Notes: generated by a model not told the origin, from the letters alone. 64,000 nt of DNA from an uncultured Gammaproteobacteria bacterium (GCA_963759075.1 CAVWXZ010000018.1:49278-113277); one strand, 5' to 3'; shown: positions 25,270-34,944, numbered from the stretch's first letter. Numbers and translations are program-made.

Positions 25270-25632
25270 TCAGATCGCCTGTGGCGCAAATTGGAGTTCA
25301 TGAAACGGGGTTGCCCGGAGGGCGGAGTTGACCACCTGCCACTGTCGCCGCTGACTGGCCAGCTCGTCTGAGCCTCGGTCGGTCAGTCGGTAATACTTCC
25401 TGCGCCTTCCGCTTTCCGACTTACCCCAGGTCGCTTCCACGTAGCCGTTGCGGTCGAGTCGGTGAAGCACCGGATAGAGCATGCCATCCGTCCACTGGAG
25501 CTCACCACCTGAAAGCTCGTCCACGCGTTTGATGATGGCGTACCCGTAGCTCTCGCCCTCGCTGAGGATGGACAGCACAAGGGGTGTGGCACATGCCGCG
25601 ACGAGGTCTTTGCCGATATTCATGCCGGACAA
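25270..25632 (-). CDS. PadR-family transcriptional regulator
   Basis: LVLSILSEGESYGYAIIKRVDELSGGELQWTDGMLYPVLHRLDRNGYVEATWGKSESGRRRKYYRLTDRG. Confidence 0.8.
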   Translation of the reverse strand: MSGMNIGKDLVAACATPLVLSILSEGESYGYAIIKRVDELSGGELQWTDGMLYPVLHRLDRNGYVEATWGKSESGRRRKYYRLTDRGSDELASQRRQWQVVNSALRATPFHELQFAPQAI

Positions 25633-25840
25633 GTCTCTCGAGTTCGGGCTGGATTTGGTAGATACATAGAGGTAGTATACATAGAACTGCTATGGTTAAA
25701 AAGACAAGTGTATACCAGACATAGGCTCCAGGTGTGCCTGAGGGCATTCCGCGGTGCCCGTACGCTGCAACTATTTGTTTTGGATAAATATTGGCAGTGG
25801 TCGCTCGGCACAATCGATAAGACTGGTGGGAGACAAAGCA

Positions 25841-26413
25841 ATGACAGAACATACTGAAAGCGCTGGCGGACAGCCCATGCACCAATGGAATAAAGCGGCC
25901 TGGAGCACCGCAGCAGTTATTCTGCTTCTGCCCGTTGTCGCAATGCAGTTCACCGACGAGGTGGCCTGGGACCTGGCGGATTTTCTTGTCTTTGGCGCGA
26001 TGCTGGTGGCCGCTTGCGGGGCCTACGAGCTGGCGTCGAGGATGTCGGCCAATACCGCATACAGGGCCGGCGTCGGTGTTGCAATCGCGACAGCATTTGT
26101 CCTCGTCTGGGTGAATCTTGCCGTTGGCATCATCGGCAATGAGAGCAACCCGGCTAATCTGATTTATTTCGGGGTGCTTGCACTTGCTATCATCGGTGCC
26201 AGCATCGCGCGCTTCCAATCAACCGGCATGGCACGCGCGTTGGTTGCGATGGCGCTCGCTCAGGCGCTGGTTGCTGTGTTTGCCCTGATGGCAGGGATGG
26301 ACGTCACCTTGATCATTACCGGAATACTTGTCGCACTTTGGTTGACTTCAGCCTGGCTGTTTCGAAAAGCGGCGCGGCAAGTGCCGGCTGCGGAGTCAAT
26401 TTCAGGCAGCTGA
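25841..26413 (+). CDS. membrane protein, 190 aa, unknown function
   Basis: Start taken at MTEHTESAGG. It has five or six hydrophobic helices. Confidence 0.5.
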   Translation: MTEHTESAGGQPMHQWNKAAWSTAAVILLLPVVAMQFTDEVAWDLADFLVFGAMLVAACGAYELASRMSANTAYRAGVGVAIATAFVLVWVNLAVGIIGNESNPANLIYFGVLALAIIGASIARFQSTGMARALVAMALAQALVAVFALMAGMDVTLIITGILVALWLTSAWLFRKAARQVPAAESISGS

Positions 26414-26427
26414 CGTCTGCGACGTCA
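26411..26427 (+). terminator. possible intrinsic terminator hairpin
   Basis: TGACGTC tgc GACGTCA (7-bp stem) overlaps the stop codon and is followed by TTGCATTTTG. The stem is short and only moderately GC-rich. Confidence 0.3.
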
Positions 26428-26450
26428 TTGCATTTTGCAGAGAAACAATT

Positions 26451-26924
26451 TTGAGTACGTCGTTTAGATTTATCGCTTTGCCGTCTGAGCAGTTCACGCC
26501 AATGTTCAGTCAGAGCGATAAGCAACTGCAGGCAGTGGGCGCACGCCGCCTCGTTGTCGATGAGAAGCCAGGCACCCCATGCCGGGTGAGCCTCTCTGAT
26601 GCGGAAGTTGGTGAGACCGTGCTGCTGGTGCCATTTGCCCACCATGACGTATCCTCCCCTTATTCAGCATCCGGGCCCATATTCGTCCGCAGAGATGCAA
26701 GAACAGTGAATCCGGAAATCAATGAAATCCCAACCATGTTCAGACACCGGCAACTTTCTGTTCGCGGATATGACAAGGCGGCCATGATGGTTGACGCCGA
26801 AGTCGTGAATGGCAGAGACCTCGGGGACGCCATTTTGCGCCTCTTTTCGAACGAGTCGGTGAGTTACCTGCACGTCCACAATGCCGGTCCGGGTTGTTAC
26901 AACTGCCGGGTTGAGCGCGCCTGA
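26451..26924 (+). CDS. DUF1203 family protein
   Basis: GTPCRVSLSDAEVGETVLLVPFAHHDVSSPYSASGPIFVR ... YLHVHNAGPGCYNCRVER. Confidence 0.65.
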   Translation: MSTSFRFIALPSEQFTPMFSQSDKQLQAVGARRLVVDEKPGTPCRVSLSDAEVGETVLLVPFAHHDVSSPYSASGPIFVRRDARTVNPEINEIPTMFRHRQLSVRGYDKAAMMVDAEVVNGRDLGDAILRLFSNESVSYLHVHNAGPGCYNCRVERA

Positions 26925-27042
26925 TAGCCGCCGCTTGAATCCGGGTTACCGGATTGTGTGGTGCCGGGGAGGCGGCACTGCCGCGCAAACTGTCGCAACG
27001 GTAAGCGCTTAATTTGCAGTAAATCGCAGAAAAGGGGGCAGC

Positions 27043-27444
27043 ATGATCACAGGGGGTTGTTTCTGCAACGCAGTGCGCTATGAGATAGTGGGCGTTCTGT
27101 GCAAGGCCCGCGCATGTCATTGCTCGAAATGCCGCAAAGTATTCAGTGGTGCGGGGTCTGCTTATGCAGAGGTCGACGAATCGGCGAAGTTCCGCTGGAC
27201 AGCGGGAGAGGACAACATCACTCGCTTCAGTTCCACGCCCGGTTGGGCAGTGGCCTTCTGCTCCACCTGTGGCACGTCCTTGTGCGGACTTTTTGAGGAC
27301 ACTGTTCACGGCGTCACCCTGGGCACGGTCGATGGCGATCCTGGCGTCGAGATCGAGATGCATTTGTTCGTTGGGTCGAAGGCACCGTGGGACCATATTG
27401 GTGGTCCAGCGCCGCAGTATGAGGAAATGCCACCGCAGCCTTGA
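27043..27444 (+). CDS. GFA (glutathione-dependent formaldehyde-activating / CENP-V) family protein
   Basis: GGCFCNAVRYEI..ACHCSKCRKVFSGAGS..FCSTCGTSL. These are the Cys clusters of the GFA zinc sites. Confidence 0.7.
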   Translation: MITGGCFCNAVRYEIVGVLCKARACHCSKCRKVFSGAGSAYAEVDESAKFRWTAGEDNITRFSSTPGWAVAFCSTCGTSLCGLFEDTVHGVTLGTVDGDPGVEIEMHLFVGSKAPWDHIGGPAPQYEEMPPQP

Positions 27445-27512
27445 CACTGCCGCTGCCGAGGGAATGGTGAAGTGCATAGACACAATGGTGGTTCGGTCAC
27501 CGATTCGATAAA

Positions 27513-28673
27513 TTGTCGCGAGGCTTAAGGTCTGTGAAGAGTCGTACACTTCAAATTGGATTGCGCCACGCTATTCTCAGTGTAATCGCCGGCCTTGCGA
27601 TAAGCGAAGCATCGGGCGAGTGGCCCAGCCACCTTGAGCTGGAGTTTGCTGATGGACAGGAAGCTCTGGCTATTGCCGATGTGAACAACGACAAGCTCCC
27701 GGATATCGTGGCGGCATTTGAAGATCGAAACGAATTTCAGGTCCTGCTTGCTGATGGCAAAGGCCTGTGGGCAAAGGCCCGCACCTTTTCTGCTGGCGAG
27801 AATCCCACGTCGATTGCTATTGCAGATTTTGATGCTGATGGAGATCCGGACATTATCATCGCCAATCACGAAAAGCCTTACTTGTCATTCGCCCGCGGTG
27901 ACGGCGACGGCACATTCAGGACCTTTGAGGCATTTGTTGGAGTTGATGTGCGTCCGCATCCGCACGAGGTCAACGCGGTCGACCTCAATGACGACCAGCT
28001 GATTGATCTCATCGTGGACAGTCGCGACAGGCGTAGTATCGTTGCCATCCCGGGATCGCCCGATGGGAAGTTCGCTGCGCCTGGCACTGCCTTCGATGTT
28101 AAAGGTGCGCCCTATCTTGGTTTCGCTGTAGGAGACATCAATGGCGATGGTCGTCCCGATGTCGTCACACCGAATGCGGATCACGTAGCGATAATACTGA
28201 ACGAAAGTTCACCAGCAGCGATCATGCTCACCCACAGCCACACTGTGCCATTTCCGAGGCCCTTCGCTGTCGGCCTGGGCGATTTCGATGGTGATGGCAA
28301 AATCGATCTGGTCGTTGCATCTGAAGAAGCGGGCAAGAACGTTGCGATTTTTTCCGGCGACGGGAAGGGACAGATCAGTGCCGCACCGACTTCGATGTTC
28401 GAACTCGCCGCCGGTGCGAAGCAGCTTACTATTGGCGACTTCGATGGCGATTCCGTATCCGACGTCGTAGTCAGCAGCTGGAATCAAGATGCAATCATAG
28501 TTTCAAGAAACGGGGAAGATTTTGCGGCGGGCAAATTGCCATTGGGCGGGATCCAGGTGCCCTGGGGCATCGCCGCCGGCGACATTGATGGGGATGGCCG
28601 GGATGATCTTGTTATTTCTGACGGGGAAAGTGCTTTGGCAAACCTGTACCTGGGTAGCGACTTCAGAAAATAG
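27513..28673 (+). CDS. FG-GAP/VCBS-repeat beta-propeller protein, secreted
   Basis: Seven repeats of the D-x-[ND]-x-D-G-x-x-D type: DVNNDKLPDIV, DFDADGDPDII, DLNDDQLIDLI, DINGDGRPDVV, DFDGDGKIDLV, DFDGDSVSDVV, DIDGDGRDDLV. Confidence 0.75.
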   Translation: MSRGLRSVKSRTLQIGLRHAILSVIAGLAISEASGEWPSHLELEFADGQEALAIADVNNDKLPDIVAAFEDRNEFQVLLADGKGLWAKARTFSAGENPTSIAIADFDADGDPDIIIANHEKPYLSFARGDGDGTFRTFEAFVGVDVRPHPHEVNAVDLNDDQLIDLIVDSRDRRSIVAIPGSPDGKFAAPGTAFDVKGAPYLGFAVGDINGDGRPDVVTPNADHVAIILNESSPAAIMLTHSHTVPFPRPFAVGLGDFDGDGKIDLVVASEEAGKNVAIFSGDGKGQISAAPTSMFELAAGAKQLTIGDFDGDSVSDVVVSSWNQDAIIVSRNGEDFAAGKLPLGGIQVPWGIAAGDIDGDGRDDLVISDGESALANLYLGSDFRK

Positions 28674-28916
28674 GTGGCTCCGCCCCTCACGCCTGTCGAA
28701 ACTTCAACTACTACGGACCGTCAACCGCCAGTCGGAATCGGCTTGGTGCTCTTGGTCGCCTTCACACTCATCAGCATCGGTGTCAAACTGCAACGGAGAG
28801 CCAGGCGGGAACGCCTGGCGCTACAACGGTCAGCATTGGACGAGACGATTAGCTGCGGGGTTAAGCGACTGACTCTCGACCCGACCTCCGATCCTGGCGA
28901 GAATGACTGGCACTGA
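28674..28916 (+). CDS. possible single-pass membrane peptide, 80 aa
   Basis: The GTG start directly abuts the FG-GAP stop codon. It has one TM segment (VGIGLVLLVAFTLISIGV) followed by RRARRER. No family recognised; weak call. Confidence 0.25.
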   Translation: MAPPLTPVETSTTTDRQPPVGIGLVLLVAFTLISIGVKLQRRARRERLALQRSALDETISCGVKRLTLDPTSDPGENDWH

Positions 28917-29044
28917 ATGTGGATGTATTGAATGAACGCAGAGGGTGATGTCGTGAACCTCCACAGCTACAGGCAAGGTTATTTCAGTACACATGTCGCG
29001 CAATTTGAATTTGCCGACAGAGACAATGTACAAACAAGAGGCGA

Positions 29045-29485
29045 ATGAATACCCCAACGACAAAGCTTGGCGCGAGGCTCATTCAGCTTGGAGTACTCTT
29101 GTTTCTGATCGGGCTACTGACTGGATTTGCCGTTCCAGCACTTGAGAACCCGCGCATGGGGCTGACCAGCCACCTGGAAGGCATTATGAACGGGATGTTT
29201 CTTGTGATCCTGGGTTTGATATGGCCGGGAATCCACCTGAATCGGCCCTGGCTGATCCTGACATTCTGGTTGGCCGTCTATGCCGCCTTTGCCAACTGGC
29301 TGGCGACACTTTTGGCGGCTATCTGGGCCGCAGGGTATTCCATGCCGATAGCCGGTCTCGGCAACAAGGGATCGCCTGCGCAGGAAATGACCATCGATTT
29401 GCTGCTCTTCTCGTTGGCATTCGCGATGATCGGTGCCTGTGTCCTTGCTCTGTGGGGACTGAGCGCCAGAGGACAAAGCGAATAG
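29045..29485 (+). CDS. 4-TM membrane protein, possibly hydroxylaminobenzene-mutase-like
   Basis: LIQLGVLLFLIGLLTGFAVPALENPRMGLTSHLEGIMNGMFLVILGLIW. The family assignment is from memory only. Confidence 0.4.
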   Translation: MNTPTTKLGARLIQLGVLLFLIGLLTGFAVPALENPRMGLTSHLEGIMNGMFLVILGLIWPGIHLNRPWLILTFWLAVYAAFANWLATLLAAIWAAGYSMPIAGLGNKGSPAQEMTIDLLLFSLAFAMIGACVLALWGLSARGQSE

Positions 29486-29566
29486 CAAGAATAAGTATGA
29501 CGTATCGGAGCCGCCGCAATAGTAGCCAGCTATCGAGCTCTTGAAGCAGGCACGAACGGAGCGCTA

Positions 29567-30046
29567 GTGGACTATTCGTACTGGAAGTTGCTGCACATCA
29601 TCGGTGCAATACTATTTCTTGGAAACATCACAACAGGGCTGTTCTGGGCCGCCTTTGCCCACAGACAGAGGGACCTTCGGTTAGTGTCATCTACCTTTCG
29701 TGGCATCATCCAAAGCGACAGGTGGTTCACGGTTCCAGGCGTCTTCGCGCTTTTAGCCGGTGGCTTTGGGTCTGCCATAAGCGGGAACATCCCTGTACTG
29801 CGTACGGGGTGGGTGTTCTGGGCAATTGTTTTGTTCTCTGTTTCAGGGATTGTTTTCGGACTCTTTGTTGCTCCTTTACAGAAACAGATTCAGGATTTTG
29901 CCGAACGCCAGCCCGAGTCGCCGGAGAATTGGGAAAATTATTGCGGCCTGTATCGACGCTGGAGCTTGTGGGGGCTCATAAGCTGGTTAACGCCGGTGGT
30001 CGCTGTGGTTATTATGGTATTAAAGCCGCCCATTCCCGGTCTCTGA
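29567..30046 (+). CDS. DUF2269-like integral membrane protein
   Basis: YWKLLHIIGAILFLGNITTGLFWAAFA, then three further helices; 159 aa. Confidence 0.5.
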   Translation: MDYSYWKLLHIIGAILFLGNITTGLFWAAFAHRQRDLRLVSSTFRGIIQSDRWFTVPGVFALLAGGFGSAISGNIPVLRTGWVFWAIVLFSVSGIVFGLFVAPLQKQIQDFAERQPESPENWENYCGLYRRWSLWGLISWLTPVVAVVIMVLKPPIPGL

Positions 30047-30147
30047 TACGGCGTGTAATTTCGTGAAAGTTGTCGCTCAGCCTTGCTAATACCTGACCTC
30101 AGTCTATCCTTAGCGACAGGTCACCTGCTTAGCGCTGTAAGCAGTGG

Positions 30148-30408
30148 TTGCGGTTGCGAATCCGGAAGAGCAAAGCGTGGACACAGGCAGGAGTTGAATC
30201 CAAATTGAATGAAGCGTGGCTTCTCTGGGGGGTGCTTTTCGGTGCCGTCGGTCTCGGATTCTTTGTTTATGGAAAGAAGCAGAAGGCCATCGTCCCGCTC
30301 GTTTGCGGTTTGGCGCTTATGGCGTTTCCATATTTTATCTCTAACACGGTGCTGCTTGTGGCCTTCGGCGCGCTGCTGATGGCGATTCCCTACTTTGTCA
30401 AAATCTAG
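30148..30408 (+). CDS. small 2-TM membrane protein
   Basis: WLLWGVLFGAVGLGFFVYGKKQKAIVPLVCGLALMAFPYFISNTVLLVAFGALLMAIPYF. The true start is probably downstream of 30148. Confidence 0.45.
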   Translation: MRLRIRKSKAWTQAGVESKLNEAWLLWGVLFGAVGLGFFVYGKKQKAIVPLVCGLALMAFPYFISNTVLLVAFGALLMAIPYFVKI

Positions 30409-30442
30409 GTGGCGCTTGCGCTAACAGAACGTCTGCTGATAG

Positions 30443-30934
30443 TTGAGAGCTGCTTCCGTGACCATTGAAATTCGCAGGGCCCTGAGTTCGGAAGCCAGTG
30501 TGCTTACCGAGATCGCGTTTGCCGCAAAGCGGCGCTGGGATTACCCGGAGGAATGGATATTGCTGTGGTCCGAAGATCTGACCGTGGACAATACATACAT
30601 AGAAGAACACTACGTGTACACCGCCAGTGAGGACTCTCGAGTTGTCGGGTGGTGTGCATTATCGATCGGTCAGGAGTCGCTCTCGATCGAACATTGCTGG
30701 GTTATACCGGACTCCGCCGGACGTGGCATCGGTCGCATGCTCGTTGACCAGGCGTTCGCTCTTGCTGCCGAGCTGAACTGGCCTGCACTCTCTGTGATTT
30801 CGGACCCCAATGCCGAGGGCTTTTATCGTCAGCTCGGTTTCCGGCGCATCGGCGAACGCCCGTCCGTACCAGAAGGCAGGCGTCTGCCCATTCTCGAAGC
30901 CCAGGTGCGTAAACCTGACGATGCTCAATCGTGA
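30443..30934 (+). CDS. GNAT-family N-acetyltransferase
   Basis: VVGWCALS..IEHCWVIPDSAGRGIGRMLVDQA..NAEGFYRQLGFRRIG. The start is TTG 30443 or GTG 30458. Confidence 0.75.
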   Translation: MRAASVTIEIRRALSSEASVLTEIAFAAKRRWDYPEEWILLWSEDLTVDNTYIEEHYVYTASEDSRVVGWCALSIGQESLSIEHCWVIPDSAGRGIGRMLVDQAFALAAELNWPALSVISDPNAEGFYRQLGFRRIGERPSVPEGRRLPILEAQVRKPDDAQS

Positions 30935-31356
30935 CGCCCAAGGAGCCCAAGGCTAAACCTCGCGCCACGGACAACAGGCAAACCATGACAGGCAGCGAAG
31001 CCACTACCCAATATCTCTTCTCCTACGGAACGCTTCAGCTCCGGCCAGTTCAGCAAGCATTGTTTGGCCGCCATCTGACTGGCGCTGAGGACACTCTTTG
31101 CGGCTTCAGGGTGGTGGAGCTCGCGATTCACGACGAGTCTGTGGTTGCGATCAGCGGCAAGGCAATACACACGATGGCCACATATACGGGTCAATCTTCC
31201 GATATGGTTGACGGGATGGTGTTCGCTGTCACGCCCGAAGAAATTGAGCATGCTGACAAGTACGAAGTGTCTGCTGTCAGGAGAGTGAAAGTTGTTCTGG
31301 GGTCCGGGCTATCAGCATGGACCTTTATTGATGCGCAATGCACGGCCTTTTCATAG
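30931..31356 (+). CDS. gamma-glutamylcyclotransferase (GGCT/AIG2-like) family protein
   Basis: YLFSYGTLQLRPVQQALFGR ... DGMVFAVTPEEIEHADKYE. The start is GTG 30931 (overlapping the GNAT stop) or ATG 30985. Confidence 0.65.
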   Translation: MTPKEPKAKPRATDNRQTMTGSEATTQYLFSYGTLQLRPVQQALFGRHLTGAEDTLCGFRVVELAIHDESVVAISGKAIHTMATYTGQSSDMVDGMVFAVTPEEIEHADKYEVSAVRRVKVVLGSGLSAWTFIDAQCTAFS

Positions 31357-31450
31357 TGGGCGGTGAGCTTGCCAGGGCACTCTCTGGTCCGGGCACTCAG
31401 TCGACGGGCACAAGGGCGGCGCCCAGGCCACCCTCGCCAAGGGACCAGGG

Positions 31451-31981
31451 ATGACAGACGTCCTGATTCGCGGAGCGATCGAGTCGGACTTTGACGACAT
31501 ACTCCGACTCAACACGGGTGCAGTGCAGCACACCAGCCCTTTGGACATTGAGCGCCTTCGTCACCTTCACGAACTGTCTTCGTATCATGTTGTTGTGGAG
31601 GCTGAAAGCAGCATCGCTGGCTTCCTGCTTGCAATGCGTGAGGGCTGTTTATATGGCAACGCAAACTATGCCTGGTTTTCGGCGCGTTTCCCGATATTCC
31701 TCTATGTGGACCGTGTAGTGATCGCCGAGCGCTTTCGCGGCCTGGGGCTGGGCTCGCGTTTATACGAGCAGTTTTTCAACTTTGCTCGTTCCAACAGCGT
31801 TCCAACCATTACCTGTGAATACAACATTGTCCCGCCCAACGAGGGGTCAGCTATATTTCACCGACGTTTCGAATTTCAGGAACTGGGCACTCAATGGCTG
31901 AACCAGCGCACCAAAAAGGTTTCTATGCAGGCGGCCGCGTCCGGATTATTTGCTGCGGCAGATAAGAAAACGATAAAGTGA
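31451..31981 (+). CDS. GNAT-family N-acetyltransferase
   Basis: IRGAIESDFDDILRLN..LYVDRVVIAERFRGLGLGSRLYEQFFNFAR. Confidence 0.7.
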   Translation: MTDVLIRGAIESDFDDILRLNTGAVQHTSPLDIERLRHLHELSSYHVVVEAESSIAGFLLAMREGCLYGNANYAWFSARFPIFLYVDRVVIAERFRGLGLGSRLYEQFFNFARSNSVPTITCEYNIVPPNEGSAIFHRRFEFQELGTQWLNQRTKKVSMQAAASGLFAAADKKTIK

Positions 31982-32034
31982 GCCATCACAGCACCGTACC
32001 GCTTGCAAAGACGGGATTGCCAGGAACGAAATAC

Positions 32035-32460
32035 ATGGCTACCTTTAAGCACGCGAGTTCCGACAGAGATATAGCAGCGTGCTTCTCCGTAATGGCTGAG
32101 CTGCGCACTCATCTGCGCCGGGAGTCATTTGTTGAACTCATACGCCTGCTTATATCAGAGGGCTACCAGTTGGCCTGCCTGGAAGACGCAGGCCAGGTCG
32201 TTACCGTCGCCGGATATCAGATCTCAACCAGCCTGTTCATGGGTAAAAATCTATATGTCTATGACCTGGTAACTGCTGACGACGCGCGCTCCCGTGGTCA
32301 CGGTGCGGCGATGTTGGACCACTTACGCGAAATAGCCCGCATGAATGGGTGTGAATACATGCACCTGGACTCGGGCACGCAAAGACGCGAGGCGCATAAA
32401 TTCTACTTCAGGGAAGGCATGACGGTTTCCAGTTTCCACTTCGATGAGAAGCTCAGCTAG
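32035..32460 (+). CDS. GNAT-family N-acetyltransferase
   Basis: Start taken at MATFKHASS. LYVYDLVTADDARSRGHGAAMLDHLREIAR..AHKFYFREGM. Confidence 0.7.
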   Translation: MATFKHASSDRDIAACFSVMAELRTHLRRESFVELIRLLISEGYQLACLEDAGQVVTVAGYQISTSLFMGKNLYVYDLVTADDARSRGHGAAMLDHLREIARMNGCEYMHLDSGTQRREAHKFYFREGMTVSSFHFDEKLS

Positions 32461-32462
32461 CC

Positions 32463-33404
32463 TTGAATATTCCTCCCCCAGTGCTTTTCGAACAGCGATT
32501 CTGTTGTGGTCGGGACCGCTCGAGCCTGCACCGTTTCCTTGGCTGCATGGTTGGGCTGTTCGCGCTGTCCTCGGTCTTGATTCTGCCAACATCGAACGCA
32601 GAGAGCGCTCCGGATTACGAAGAATTTGTATACGCCGTGGCAAACGAACAGCCTCTCAGAGCCCTGGTTTCCCGACCAGCTGGACACACAGAGCTGGAGA
32701 GCCGCCCGGCAATTGTCATCGCACATGGCGGCGGTTGGACGATTGGCGAGCCGGAGTGGGGCCTCGGCGTCGCACAGGAATTTGTCAGCATGGGTTTGGT
32801 CGCCGTATCCATCCAATACCGCTTGTCTGGCGAGGGCACCGATTCAACGCCGCTTGATGCGATGGCCGACGCCTGCGCCGCCATACGCTGGGTCCGTGCA
32901 AATGCGAAGGATCTTGGAATCGCGCCTGACCGGATCGCCGCCTATGGTTGGTCTGCCGGGGCTCATCTTCTGGTTTCAACAGCAATTTTTCAGATTCCCG
33001 AAGGAGGCGATAAGACAAGCTGCGTGCCTGACGCCATCATTTTGTCTTCACCTGCCGTAGCCATCAGCGAGTCTGCGTGGGTTGAGAAGATTCTCGACGG
33101 CCGAGCCAGGGCCGCGGACATCTCGCCGGATTTGCATGTACGATCATCCATGCCGCCCACGCTGCTGCTGCAGGGACGAACCGACACGGTCACACCACTT
33201 GCCGGTACTCAGCAATTCCATGCGGCCATGCTTGCAGCGGGAAACTCGAGCCAGCTGATCGTGTACGACGATGTCGGCCATTTGTTCACTCCCTCCAGCG
33301 AACCCGATGACGGGTGGCCAAACCCGGATCCGGTGGTGCGCGCAGCTTCCTTCGCCGCCGCCAAGGCGTTTCTGCGCGAGCAAGACTTCCTTTCTGAACA
33401 ATAG
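32463..33404 (+). CDS. alpha/beta hydrolase (esterase/lipase type), secreted
   Basis: HGGGW oxyanion motif (VIAHGGGWTIGE), nucleophile elbow GWSAGAHL, and a later DDVGH. The start may be the MVGLFALSS ATG at 32547. Confidence 0.7.
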   Translation: MNIPPPVLFEQRFCCGRDRSSLHRFLGCMVGLFALSSVLILPTSNAESAPDYEEFVYAVANEQPLRALVSRPAGHTELESRPAIVIAHGGGWTIGEPEWGLGVAQEFVSMGLVAVSIQYRLSGEGTDSTPLDAMADACAAIRWVRANAKDLGIAPDRIAAYGWSAGAHLLVSTAIFQIPEGGDKTSCVPDAIILSSPAVAISESAWVEKILDGRARAADISPDLHVRSSMPPTLLLQGRTDTVTPLAGTQQFHAAMLAAGNSSQLIVYDDVGHLFTPSSEPDDGWPNPDPVVRAASFAAAKAFLREQDFLSEQ

Positions 33405-33636
33405 GCCTGTGGCTATCAGCAACTCTTGGACCAGCGATAGTTATGAGAAGAAGGAGCAACAATTGTTGTTGAGATTCCTTCTAAAGGATAGCCAACACTC
33501 GTGCTGATAGTCGCTGCGTTGCTCGCAAACTTTATTAGTCTGGCATATCACTACCGTCAAGTGGTTTGGGTTTGGCGTGCTTCTTGCTGACCCGCCTCTA
33601 CAAAAAGCCTGCCGCACAAATGAATGAGGACAGAAG

Positions 33637-34095
33637 ATGAGTCACCTGAACGATGTCGGCGAGCGTGATCAATGGCGATGCTGGTTGTGTGACGAACCGG
33701 TCGATCGCGAAATGCCATCAAGCGATGCTCGTGGTCCGAGTGTGGATACCCGGATTACCAAGGCTCGCGCGAGGAAGCTGAAGAAGGACAAGGTCGGGAT
33801 ACCACCAGAGCGATTGGCTCATGTGGGCTGCAACACGGGCAAGGGAGCAAGCGATCCAGTCATTACCTGGCCAGAACATTTGATCGTGGTCGACACAGCG
33901 CCGATCATCTCAACGGCCGAGCGATTGGTGCGCAAGGGTGGCCGCCAGGCAATGGCTCGCTGCCCAAGCAATGAAGACGCCGAGGCCGCCGCCGCTTGGT
34001 TGATCGATCGCCTGTCTCGCCTGGAACCAGATTTAGCGGTTCGTTACCAGATTGAACAGTCCGGCGGCCAGTATTTGGTCAGCGTTCGCGTCTAG
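33637..34095 (+). CDS. small HNH-like protein, 152 aa, atypical motif
   Basis: CWLCDEPVD ... SVDTRI ... LAHVGCNTGKG. The second half matches the HNH H-x-x-C-N-x-x-K-G pattern. The first half has D-T where D-H is expected. Confidence 0.4.
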   Translation: MSHLNDVGERDQWRCWLCDEPVDREMPSSDARGPSVDTRITKARARKLKKDKVGIPPERLAHVGCNTGKGASDPVITWPEHLIVVDTAPIISTAERLVRKGGRQAMARCPSNEDAEAAAAWLIDRLSRLEPDLAVRYQIEQSGGQYLVSVRV

Positions 34096-34475
34096 ATCCA
34101 GTCTTTCCGGAAATAGCGGGCGAGTGGCGCATTTACGCGTTCGAAGCTATGCCCTGTCGGTTGAAAAGGTGGCTTACCGGAATCCGGCTACGCGCAGTTT
34201 CTGATAGTCAGCGAAAGACCCACATTTATCACAAGTAGAGCCTTGCTTTTATAGAGACAGGCCACTAAAGCATGACTTCAGTGCGACATGTCGCGGAGAC
34301 ACGCTTCTGACTACTGGGACAAACTTCGGCAGCACCGTAGCAATCGCACTCATAGCAATCAAAGCCGCGTATCCGCCATGGGTGATATTTGGTTTCATAG
34401 CTGCTATTTGTTACGTTTCGATGACTGTGGCCTGAACGAGCATTTTCGCCCACAGCGGTCAAGAAGGAGACGGGA

Positions 34476-34865
34476 ATGAATATCCGTTTAGGGCGAATCA
34501 TTTTGATCGCATTGCTCGCCGAGTTCCTTGCGGTGCTGACTCTTGTGTTGATCGTCGCCGTTTTCGGACCACCCGGCCCGGCAGATGCACAAGCCTTCGC
34601 TGAACGGATCGGCTATTGGATTGGCCCAATAGCGGGATTTTCTTTTACCCTGCTGGGTGGCTGGTGGATCGCCAGAGACCTGGACAAGTCGCAGATTCTG
34701 AACGGATTCGCGCTTGGTGTTGCTGTAGCAGCGGTTGATATCGCAATTCTTTTGCTGATGAGCTCAGGATTTGAATTGATATTCGTTTTCTCGAATCTCG
34801 GCAGAGTTGTGGCGGGTACTATCGGCGGCTGGCTCGCCAGCCGCTATCCGAAACAGGCGGTGTGA
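34476..34865 (+). CDS. 4-TM membrane protein, 129 aa
   Basis: GGAGA upstream of the ATG and four hydrophobic helices. No family recognised. Confidence 0.5.
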   Translation: MNIRLGRIILIALLAEFLAVLTLVLIVAVFGPPGPADAQAFAERIGYWIGPIAGFSFTLLGGWWIARDLDKSQILNGFALGVAVAAVDIAILLLMSSGFELIFVFSNLGRVVAGTIGGWLASRYPKQAV

Positions 34866-34944
34866 TGGTTTTTAGGCGGCCTTGCAACGTGGGTCTGCCG
34901 CCGACGGTCGCCGAACACGACCGTCGAGCCTTAATGAGGAAACC

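Noticed and set aside
26938-26955. Perfect hairpin AATCCGG-gtta-CCGGATT after the DUF1203 gene, considered as an intrinsic terminator or attC remnant.
   Set aside because: It is not followed by a T-tract and has no RYYYAAC/GTTRRRY cores, so it is too generic to call.
28671-30413. TAGGTGGC octamers at 28671-28678 and 30406-30413, identical to the right-core junction (GT-TAGGTGGC) of the attC sites at 13346 and 17693, as possible relic attC ends.
   Set aside because: An 8-mer is expected about once by chance in this much sequence. In both cases the TAG is just the stop codon of the upstream gene, and no complementary left arm or palindrome precedes it.
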